Part shown: positions 17,521 to 25,327 of the stretch, piece by piece
Numbering within the stretch: the first letter of the stretch is position 1
How the letters are laid out: each line of letters starts with the position of its first letter
DNA from: Patescibacteria group bacterium
GTDB lineage: Bacteria; Patescibacteriota; Saccharimonadia; UBA4664; SCTI01
Assembly: GCA_004297735.1 (NCBI GenBank)
Contig: SCTI01000002.1
Span: 256,160-320,159, forward strand
Reading direction: 5' to 3'
Length of the DNA stretch: 64,000 nucleotides
Program-made: the position numbers and the translations under genes
The notes under the pieces: model-generated
The model's database searches: none
Seen by the model: the letters and a program-made list of their open reading frames with translations, nothing else
What the model was told of the DNA's origin: nothing

Positions 17521-19173
17521 CTAGTACATCCCGCCCATATCAGGTGCTGCCGGTGCGGCCGGCTTGTCTTCTGGAATCTCAACAATGAGGGTTCCCATGG
17601 TCATAGCGGTACCAGCAATCGAGACCGCATTCTGAACCGCCTCACGTGTCACCTTGGCTGGATCAACCACGCCTTCGGCCTTTAGGTCGATTAACTTAGC
17701 TGGATTGTTAACGTCAAAGCCAAGACCAGGCTTGGTATCATCAAGTACCTTGGCCAACTTTTCTTCGGCATTGAGCCCGGCGTTGCTCATCAACTGCTTA
17801 AACGGCTGCTGTAGGGCATTCTTGAGGATCAACCTACCGGCATCGGCCGAACTACCAACTCGGGTGGCTTCAATGTCGATGTCGCGGCTTAGATCAACCA
17901 GGGTCACTCCTCCACCCGGGACAATACCTTCGGCGACGGCCGCCTTGGTGGCAGCAACGGCATCATCAACCCGGTACTTCTTTTCCTCGATCTCGGTCTC
18001 GGTAGCACCACCAACCTTAATGACGGCAACCTTACCGGCCAGAGCCGCCAGGCGCTCTTCCAGCTTTTCTTTATCGAACTCGCTGGTAACATTCTCGAGC
18101 TGGGCCTTGATCTGGTTGATTCGCTCGGTTACCTCACCGGACTTGCCACCGCCTTCGATGATGGTTGAGTCATCCTTGGTGGCAATGATCTTGCGGGCGG
18201 TACCAAGCATATCAATATCGGCATTCTCAAAAGTAATACCCTGCTCGTCACTGATAACGGTAGCACCGGTCAGGATAGCGATATCCTCCATGATCTCTTT
18301 GCGACGATCACCAAAGCTTGGAGCCTTAATGGCAACGGCGTTAAAGACTCCCTTAATGCGGTTAAGGATAAGCGTCGCCAGTGCCTCGCCATCAACGTCT
18401 TCAGCAATGATGACCAACTCTTTCTTGCCGGTCTGAGCCACCTTTTCGAGTAACGGTAAAATGTCCTGGATTGAGCTAATCTTCTTATCGGTCAGCAGAA
18501 TGTATGGCTTGTCGTAAGCCGCCTCCATGCGAGTGGTATCGGTAACCATATAGGGACTGACGTAACCACTGTCGACAGTAAAGCCATCTACGATTTCTTT
18601 TTCCATGCCCAATGCCTGAGACTGCTCAACTGTTACCCTTCCGCTCCCTCCAATCGTAGAAATTACATCCGCAATTAACTCGCCAATTTGAGAATCACCA
18701 GCAGAAATAGTAGCCACCTGGGCTATCTTGGACTTATCGCTAGCAATTTTTTCACTGAGATTGGTAATTCTTCCGGTAATGGTGGTGGCAGCTTCGTCCA
18801 GGCCCTTCTTAAGGTCCATCGGATTATGACCAGCCTCAATCATTCGATTGGCCTCGCTTAAAATGTGGTAGGTCAGCACGGTAGCAGTAGTAGTACCGTC
18901 ACCAACATCATCGCCAGTCTTGCTGGCAGCTTGCTTGACTAGCTCGGCGCCAACGCCACGACCAAGTGTGTCATCGTCCTTTGCCTGCTCAATGTCAACT
19001 GCCTTTGCCACCGTCACCCCATCATGGGTAACCGATGGGCCACCGTAGCTTTTGCCAATAACCACGTTACGACCTTTTGGACCCATAGTGACGCGAACTG
19101 CATTGTAGAGCTCCTCAGCACCTTCTAGTACGCGCTTACGGGCTTCGCCTTCAGCAATAATTCGTTTTGCCAT
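17521..19173 (-). CDS. groL: chaperonin GroEL
   Basis: The N-terminus is MAKRIIAEGEARKRVLEGAEELYNAVRVTMGPKGRNVV, the C-terminus ends ...GGMY, and the product is 550 aa. Confidence 0.97.
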   Translation of the reverse strand: MAKRIIAEGEARKRVLEGAEELYNAVRVTMGPKGRNVVIGKSYGGPSVTHDGVTVAKAVDIEQAKDDDTLGRGVGAELVKQAASKTGDDVGDGTTTATVLTYHILSEANRMIEAGHNPMDLKKGLDEAATTITGRITNLSEKIASDKSKIAQVATISAGDSQIGELIADVISTIGGSGRVTVEQSQALGMEKEIVDGFTVDSGYVSPYMVTDTTRMEAAYDKPYILLTDKKISSIQDILPLLEKVAQTGKKELVIIAEDVDGEALATLILNRIKGVFNAVAIKAPSFGDRRKEIMEDIAILTGATVISDEQGITFENADIDMLGTARKIIATKDDSTIIEGGGKSGEVTERINQIKAQLENVTSEFDKEKLEERLAALAGKVAVIKVGGATETEIEEKKYRVDDAVAATKAAVAEGIVPGGGVTLVDLSRDIDIEATRVGSSADAGRLILKNALQQPFKQLMSNAGLNAEEKLAKVLDDTKPGLGFDVNNPAKLIDLKAEGVVDPAKVTREAVQNAVSIAGTAMTMGTLIVEIPEDKPAAPAAPDMGGMY

Positions 19174-19197
19174 TATACTCTCTACTCCTAAAAATAT

Positions 19198-19470
19198 TTA
19201 GTTTGCAACAATTGCCAGAACATCTTCTTCTTTTAGAAGAATGAGTTCTGATTCATCAAAATTTACACTTCTTTTTGAGCTTGAATGATGATCATCATAA
19301 ATAATGCTGTCATCTACCTTAACATTCTTAACTTCCGGCCCTACTGCTATAACCTTTGCCACAACTGGTTCTTGCTGTGATGATGGTGGGATAAAAATAC
19401 CTGATGCAGTTTTCTCGGGAGCTTTAAGCTGCTCAGCAACTATTCTGTTAGAAAGTGGCTTAATTTTCAT
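19198..19470 (-). CDS. groS: co-chaperonin GroES
   Basis: The N-terminus is MKIKPLSNRIVAEQ...TASGIFIP. The product is 90 aa and lies immediately upstream of groL. Confidence 0.95.
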   Translation of the reverse strand: MKIKPLSNRIVAEQLKAPEKTASGIFIPPSSQQEPVVAKVIAVGPEVKNVKVDDSIIYDDHHSSSKRSVNFDESELILLKEEDVLAIVAN

Positions 19471-19492
19471 GAAACTCCTTTAGTTATTTAGA

Positions 19493-19519
19493 TTAGCAAT
19501 CATGCAACTTGAGTGCTAA
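19493..19519. promoter_or_regulatory. CIRCE inverted repeat (HrcA operator) upstream of groES
   Basis: TTAGCAATC-N9-GAGTGCTAA matches the consensus TTAGCACTC-N9-GAGTGCTAA with one mismatch. Confidence 0.7.
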
Positions 19520-19607
19520 TTTATGATAGCGATAAGCAATAAAAGCTTCAAGCATATCCTTTAACATACTTCTTGGCGGACTCAGTCAAGCGAGTATAAT
19601 ATCCTGC

Positions 19608-20420
19608 ATGAGCAAAGCAATTCTAATGTGCCCACCCACCTATTTTGAGGTGGCCTATGAGATTAATGCTTGGATGCACGTAGGAACTGTAATCGATGTT
19701 GAGCTGGCCAAGCGACAGTGGCAGGCACTCTACGATACTTATCAGGATCTCGGTTATAAGGTTGAGCTAATTGAACCGGTTCGCGGCCTGCCCGACATGG
19801 TGTTTGCTGCCAACGGCGCCCTGGTAATCGAGGGCAAGGTGTTTTCAACTCACTTTGGCGAGCACGCGGCTGAGCGACAGGGCGAAACACCGGCTTATGA
19901 GGCATGGTTTCGGGAGAATGGGTTTACCAATATTTATCAGCCCAAGCACCCCAGCGAAGGCGAGGGCGATATTTTATACGGAGCCGGTTGCGACACCATC
20001 TTTGCCGGATATGGTCAGAGACGATCAAGCAAAACCTCTCATCCCGAACTGGCCGAGTTCTTTGGCAAGGAGGTGGTAAGCATGCACCTGGTGGATCCGT
20101 TCTTTTACCACCTAGATACGGCCATGTCGCCAATAGATAATGACACCGTTATGTACTACCCCGGAGCCTTTACCGAAGAGGGCCGAGCCGAACTTGAGAA
20201 GCGATTCAAGAACAAGATCTACGCCACCAGAGAGGATGCCATGGGCTTTGGGCTGAACACGGTTAGTGATGGCGAGAATGTGGTCCTGAGTGAGGCCGCA
20301 ACCGATTTGATACAGCAACTTAAAGACCGAGGCTACAATCCGATCGGTCGTGATATGACAGAGTTTCGTAAGTCGGGCGGAGCGGTTAAGTGCTGCTCGT
20401 TAGAGCTGCGGTATAAATAA
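19608..20420 (+). CDS. amidinotransferase-superfamily hydrolase (DDAH / citrulline-utilisation hydrolase-like)
   Basis: The 270-aa product has a C-terminal GGAVKCCSLE-type cysteine, as in DDAH and arginine deiminase folds. It is too short to be ArcA. It is transcribed divergently from groES. Confidence 0.65.
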   Translation: MSKAILMCPPTYFEVAYEINAWMHVGTVIDVELAKRQWQALYDTYQDLGYKVELIEPVRGLPDMVFAANGALVIEGKVFSTHFGEHAAERQGETPAYEAWFRENGFTNIYQPKHPSEGEGDILYGAGCDTIFAGYGQRRSSKTSHPELAEFFGKEVVSMHLVDPFFYHLDTAMSPIDNDTVMYYPGAFTEEGRAELEKRFKNKIYATREDAMGFGLNTVSDGENVVLSEAATDLIQQLKDRGYNPIGRDMTEFRKSGGAVKCCSLELRYK

Positions 20421-20423
20421 GGG

Positions 20424-21746
20424 TTAGCTCTCTAGAGCCGCCTGAATCGCGGTCTTGGCCTCGCCCACCTCATCCCATAAATGCTCGCCGTCGGCGCGCT
20501 CAATCGTCTTTTCGTGACCCTTGCCTAGTAGCATTACAGTGTCGCCCTTCTTAGCCTGAGCAATGGTGTAATTGATCGCCTCAACCCGATTGTGAATACA
20601 GAACAAGTCCTTATCGCGCACCTTGCCGGAGCTCTCCGCCCCTTCGGCAATCTGCTGCATAATAGCCAGACCATCGGCGTCACGGTCGTCCTCTTCGGTG
20701 ACAACTACTAGATCGGCATACTTTCCGGCGATAGCACCCTGCTTGGCGCGCTTGGTTTCATCGCGGCGGCCAGCAGAACCAAACATGACGATGAGTCGTC
20801 CAGGTGCTACAGTGGCTTTCTTCATATCACTCAGTAGTTTCTCGAACGAGTCGGGGGTGTGAGCGAAGTCGACCACTACCGAAAAGTCCTGACCCTCATC
20901 TATGTAGGTCATTCGCCCCTCAACCGCTTTGAGCGAGGCTATGCCATCTTCAATCTGTTTACTGGTAAGGCCCAGAGCGAAGCCTACACAGATAGCGGCC
21001 AGTGAGTTAGAGACGTTAAATCCACCAGGGATATTTACTTTTATCTTGAGCGTATCGTCGCCACGCTTTACCTGGTAGGTGCTACCGGTGCCGCTGGTTT
21101 TAACCTTGGTGGCGTGAATATCGCCGTAACTCACCCCGTAGCGCATAGGCTTAGGCACCTCACCACTAAACTGGGGTGCTGATGGGTCGTCGGCGTTCAC
21201 CACGCCAACCTGGCGCCCTTTTTTATTGGCGGCGGTCAGACGGAATAGCTTGCGCTTGGCATCCAAGTAGCGATCAAAGGTGCCGTGGTAATCAAGGTGT
21301 TCATGGCCAACATTGGTCATAACGGCCACATCAAAGGGAATTCCCCAGACTCGGTTTTGGGCCAGAGCGTGGCTGGTGACCTCAAGCACCAAATGGTCAA
21401 TGCCATCGGCTCGGAGCTCTTTGATGCGGCGCATCATCGGGAACGCCTGCATGGTGGTCATATGTACCTTGTTGGGAATTTGGCGCTTGGGTGAGCCATA
21501 GCCGATAGTGGTCATATAGCCAACGTTGTAGCCAGAATCCTTAAGTAGGTTCCAGATCATGGTGGTGGTAGTAGTCTTGCCGTCGGTGCCGGTAACGCCA
21601 ATCACCTTGAGGCCTCGAGCCGGGAAGCCATAGCGGACCTGGGCTAAGAAGGTTTCTACCAGATGACCATAGGGCTCAACCTGCTTAAACAGTTTATGAG
21701 GAATAAGGGCTTTGACCAGCTTTCTCATGTGACTATTATGTCTCAA
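20424..21746 (-). CDS. Mur ligase family protein (MurE-like UDP-MurNAc-tripeptide synthetase)
   Basis: The P-loop is VIGVTGTDGKTTTTTMIW, and the Mur ligase C-terminal domain reads DFAHTPDSFEKLL...VMFGSAGRRDETKR. At 440 aa it is short for MurE. Confidence 0.65.
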   Translation of the reverse strand: MRHNSHMRKLVKALIPHKLFKQVEPYGHLVETFLAQVRYGFPARGLKVIGVTGTDGKTTTTTMIWNLLKDSGYNVGYMTTIGYGSPKRQIPNKVHMTTMQAFPMMRRIKELRADGIDHLVLEVTSHALAQNRVWGIPFDVAVMTNVGHEHLDYHGTFDRYLDAKRKLFRLTAANKKGRQVGVVNADDPSAPQFSGEVPKPMRYGVSYGDIHATKVKTSGTGSTYQVKRGDDTLKIKVNIPGGFNVSNSLAAICVGFALGLTSKQIEDGIASLKAVEGRMTYIDEGQDFSVVVDFAHTPDSFEKLLSDMKKATVAPGRLIVMFGSAGRRDETKRAKQGAIAGKYADLVVVTEEDDRDADGLAIMQQIAEGAESSGKVRDKDLFCIHNRVEAINYTIAQAKKGDTVMLLGKGHEKTIERADGEHLWDEVGEAKTAIQAALES

Positions 21747-21788
21747 GAGGTCCGACCTGGCAAAGGGTTTGGGGGCGAGGTTAAGCCC

Positions 21789-22817
21789 CTAATACCACAG
21801 TCGGTGCCGGAAACGATACTCGTATGCCACAACCACGCGCTCGCCAAGCCGGCGGAACCAGGAGTACTTGGACTGGTTCAGTACAATGTCGTAAGTGCCA
21901 ATGTATTCGGTGATCTCTTTGTTAAAGCCGGTTTTAAAACGAGCCAAGCCGGCTAGTGGATGCTTTGGGTCCTCAATCTTGTCGGCCGGGGGCGTGCCGT
22001 GCAGGTCGTATTCAGTGACACCGTGCTGTTTGAGCCACTGCATGACCCCCCACTGCAACGCGTAGGGCGCCTGGACCTCAGAGTGCAACCGCAGCGAGCC
22101 TCCGTCCTTATACAGCGCCTTACGGCCAATATGAGTCACAAAGGCGCCGGCCAAAACCTGACCTTCATATTTTGCAAAAAACAGCTGCCCGGCCCCTCTC
22201 GCAGCGTGAGCCCGGTAAAAATCAACAAAGTACTGCTTATCGCGCAGGTAGACCCCGGCGCGCTCGGTCATGGCCCGGGTCAGCTCATACATAATGTCGA
22301 TGTTTTCCGCGGTGCACTCAACCGCCTCCACCGTGACACCCCTTTTAGCTGCCAACCGAATGTTGTAGCGAGTCTTCTGCTTAAAGCTGGCTAAAATATC
22401 ATCCTCGCCCGGGCGCAAATCAATAATGGCGGTATTGGTGTTGTACTGAATATCACGAGGCGCCTTAACCATGCCAAGGCGCTTGAGTTCCGCTGGCTTA
22501 ATAGCGCCAGTCGCAATCTCTGGATCAACTCGCACCGCAAAAGGACCATTGGCCGGCAGTGCCTTAATAAACTTTTTAAGCTCGGTTGCAGTGCTGACAC
22601 CCGGTCCTTTTGGTACGTACCAAAACCGACCCAGCAGCGGAACCTGACGCTCCAGTACCAGCACCGCTAGCTTATCAGCCATAAAATAGCGCGGCGTCCA
22701 ACCATGCTTACCCTTGGTCTCACCAAAAGCCTTAGACTGCAGTACATTTCCGCCGTCAGGGTTAGCGACAATCAACTCGTCCCAACCAGCCAATTGCTCC
22801 TCGGTTGCCGGCTGCAT
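21789..22817 (-). CDS. FemAB-family peptidoglycan interpeptide-bridge aminoacyltransferase
   Basis: The architecture is FemX/FemAB-like (tandem GNAT fold, MQPATEEQLAGWDELIVANPDGGNVLQSKAF...), adjacent to a Mur ligase. Confidence 0.7.
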   Translation of the reverse strand: MQPATEEQLAGWDELIVANPDGGNVLQSKAFGETKGKHGWTPRYFMADKLAVLVLERQVPLLGRFWYVPKGPGVSTATELKKFIKALPANGPFAVRVDPEIATGAIKPAELKRLGMVKAPRDIQYNTNTAIIDLRPGEDDILASFKQKTRYNIRLAAKRGVTVEAVECTAENIDIMYELTRAMTERAGVYLRDKQYFVDFYRAHAARGAGQLFFAKYEGQVLAGAFVTHIGRKALYKDGGSLRLHSEVQAPYALQWGVMQWLKQHGVTEYDLHGTPPADKIEDPKHPLAGLARFKTGFNKEITEYIGTYDIVLNQSKYSWFRRLGERVVVAYEYRFRHRLWY

Positions 22818-23786
22818 TTACTGACGCCCCCGCAAACGGCGATACACCGTATACAACCGATACTTTTGGGGTTTGAGCGGAATGTCCCAGGTACCGGCGT
22901 ACTCAACCTGAGCCCCACCATAACCCTGCTTGAACCGAGTTATCCCAGCCCAACTATGCTTAGGATCATCGGTTGGTGCTATCCCCCACAGATCAAACTT
23001 AGTCATTCCAGCATCCTTGGCGTCCATCATCGCCTGCCACACCAGCGATACCGATGCCTTAGCCTGACGATTTTTTTCCTGCCAAGCGCCGGCATACAGA
23101 TAAGAGCGAGTCTTACCGCAATCCAAAAAAATAGCGCCGGCTACTGGCTGCCCATCAACACTAGCGACATAAAGCTTAGCTACATCGGCAGGCTGAAGCG
23201 TCGACCACAGGGTTTGAAAGTAGTAGTCATCCTGAAACACGGTGTGCGAGCGACGAGCGGTATCCTTAAGCATCTCAATAAACTTGTTAAGGTTATGGCG
23301 GTCGCTCACCTGGGCGATACTTACACCTCGACGTTCGGTGCCATTAATTAGGTTGCGGTGCCCCGAAGCTAAATCGCCACGCAGCTCATCCAGGCTCTTA
23401 GTTAAATCGACCACTTGAGTATGCGATGGCTGGTTGTCGGCAATATGCCGAGCGCCCTTAGCCTTTAACTCTTTAGCAAAACGATGATCTTGCGGATCTA
23501 GTCGAATAAAATCAACCCCCAACTGGCGACCGGCATCAATTAACGACTTAACTGCGGGCGCAGGATCAGCGCCCTTAGCCAACACCGGTCCGTAACTGCA
23601 AACCAAGTAACGCAATCCGTGACTGGTCCAAACGCTCCCCAGCCACTGGTAGTCATCTTCTTGCTGCCATACCGGCTGGTGACCCAAGGCATCCTGAAAC
23701 TCAGCCCAATGCCTCGACTGCACAATACTGCCCCCATTACGTTCCAGCTGCTCATCCCACGAAAGGGGCGGTATTCCAGTCTTCAT
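22818..23786 (-). CDS. FemAB-family peptidoglycan interpeptide-bridge aminoacyltransferase (paralog)
   Basis: Second FemAB-like ORF (MKTGIPPLSWDEQLERNGGSIVQSRHWAEF...), abutting the first with no gap. Confidence 0.7.
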   Translation of the reverse strand: MKTGIPPLSWDEQLERNGGSIVQSRHWAEFQDALGHQPVWQQEDDYQWLGSVWTSHGLRYLVCSYGPVLAKGADPAPAVKSLIDAGRQLGVDFIRLDPQDHRFAKELKAKGARHIADNQPSHTQVVDLTKSLDELRGDLASGHRNLINGTERRGVSIAQVSDRHNLNKFIEMLKDTARRSHTVFQDDYYFQTLWSTLQPADVAKLYVASVDGQPVAGAIFLDCGKTRSYLYAGAWQEKNRQAKASVSLVWQAMMDAKDAGMTKFDLWGIAPTDDPKHSWAGITRFKQGYGGAQVEYAGTWDIPLKPQKYRLYTVYRRLRGRQ

Positions 23787-23834
23787 ATCGCCTATTGTAC
23801 CGTACTCAGCTCCAATCGGTGTATACTGAGCGGC

Positions 23835-24866
23835 ATGAAGATCTTAGGAATTGAGAGTAGCGCTGACGAAACCGCCGCCGCCGTAGTCCAAGACGGCACC
23901 GAGGTGCTAAGCAGCGTGGTGGCCAGCCAGATAGACATCCACAAAGAGTTTGGCGGCATGGTACCAGAGGTAGCTGCCCGCTCACACCTAGAGGTTATTT
24001 TACCGGTGATCCAAAAGGCGCTTAATGAAGCCCAGGTTGAGCTAAATGATATTGACGGCATTGCGGTAACCTACGGGCCCGGTCTGGTTGGCTCGCTGCT
24101 GATTGGCAGTCTAACCGCCCGTACGCTGGCCGAGCTTACCGGCAAGCCCCTCTATGGCATCAATCACGTTGAGGCACATGTGTATGCTAACTTTCTAACC
24201 GAGCCACTCCCCTCTTTTCCGCTGCTAGCATTGATCGTATCTGGCGGTCACACTCAGCTGGCACTGTTCAGTGATCACGGTAGCTACAAGTTGCTTGGCC
24301 AAACCAGGGATGACGCTGCTGGCGAGGCCTTTGACAAGGTAGCCCGAATCATTGGACTCCCCTACCCTGGAGGCTCTTCGGTTGCCGAGGCGGCAAAGAC
24401 TGGGGATGAGCATGCTTTTGCCTTTCCTAAGCCACAATTAGGTAAAGAGAGTCTTGATTTTAGCTTTAGCGGGCTTAAAACCGCGGTACTACGTACCGCC
24501 CAAGCCGAGGTTGGTGGTGATTTCCGTACTAAATCGTATGAAATTCCGGCTCTACTAAGCCAAAAACAGCGTAATGACATTGCCGCCAGCTTTCAAAAGA
24601 CGGTGGTTGGTATCCTGGTTGGGCGCGTTTTACAAGCATATGAGAAGTACCAGCCGGCTTCGGTAGTTATATCCGGAGGGGTGGCCGCCAACCTATCGCT
24701 CCAAGAGGCGCTCCAGAAACGACTCCCTTCCCCCATACATTACGCGCCAATCAAGTACTACACCGACAACGCCGCCATGATTGCGAGTTTGGGGTATTTT
24801 TACTCGCTTGACCGCAAGCCAATAAGGCCACTAGATTTAACCGTCGACCCTATTCTTTCAATGTAG
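23835..24866 (+). CDS. tsaD: tRNA N6-adenosine threonylcarbamoyltransferase
   Basis: The start is the internal ATG (MKILGIESSADETAAAVVQDG...). The HxxH metal site (INHVEAHVYANF) and the Kae1/TsaD C-terminus are present. The ORF-track start (23619) would overlap the femAB paralog. Confidence 0.9.
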   Translation: MKILGIESSADETAAAVVQDGTEVLSSVVASQIDIHKEFGGMVPEVAARSHLEVILPVIQKALNEAQVELNDIDGIAVTYGPGLVGSLLIGSLTARTLAELTGKPLYGINHVEAHVYANFLTEPLPSFPLLALIVSGGHTQLALFSDHGSYKLLGQTRDDAAGEAFDKVARIIGLPYPGGSSVAEAAKTGDEHAFAFPKPQLGKESLDFSFSGLKTAVLRTAQAEVGGDFRTKSYEIPALLSQKQRNDIAASFQKTVVGILVGRVLQAYEKYQPASVVISGGVAANLSLQEALQKRLPSPIHYAPIKYYTDNAAMIASLGYFYSLDRKPIRPLDLTVDPILSM

Positions 24867-24879
24867 CCAGTGCTAATAT

Positions 24880-25296
24880 TTGCTTATGCTAAAAAAGCTT
24901 TCACTATACTTAATTGCCGGCTTAACAGCACTCTATGTTAGCGGAACTTCTTGGCTTTTATTTCGTACAATATTTGAAGAAATGCTTAAACCATCCGTTC
25001 GTTTTGGTGGGCTTGCAATTATGATTTATCTTGTAATGTGGGTGGCTAGTCTTGGTGTTCTCATTACAGTAGCCGCAATAAGCAAGCTTAATTGGTGGGT
25101 CGTAACTTTAATGGCAGCCATAGCTACCTTGGCCGGGTTGGCATTATCCACATTTATCGCTACAAAAAATGCCACTCTAGCAACCGTAGTAGTTTTTCCA
25201 GTAATCTTGCTAGATAACCTGAGCGGGCAAGTTTTCATTATCATTATGGGACTTATTGCTGTTGCCGCTTCGGTCGCGTTTCGCTCACCCAGGTAA
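24880..25296 (+). CDS. hypothetical 4-TM membrane protein
   Basis: The 138-aa product is very hydrophobic, with no recognised domain. Confidence 0.5.
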   Translation: MLMLKKLSLYLIAGLTALYVSGTSWLLFRTIFEEMLKPSVRFGGLAIMIYLVMWVASLGVLITVAAISKLNWWVVTLMAAIATLAGLALSTFIATKNATLATVVVFPVILLDNLSGQVFIIIMGLIAVAASVAFRSPR

Positions 25297-25327
25297 TCTA
25301 CTCCTAATATGCTAAAATAACCTCAAG

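Noticed and set aside
17654-18436. 260-aa plus-strand ORF
   Set aside because: It lies entirely antisense within groEL, is Ser/Ala/Leu-rich as expected of a wrong-frame reading, and has no RBS.
22704-23351. 215-aa plus-strand ORF
   Set aside because: It is antisense to the FemAB paralogs, low-complexity, and has no supporting signals.
23619-23834. N-terminal 72-codon extension of tsaD
   Set aside because: The extension overlaps the FemAB paralog. The conserved TsaD N-terminus (MKILGIESS) starts at 23835.
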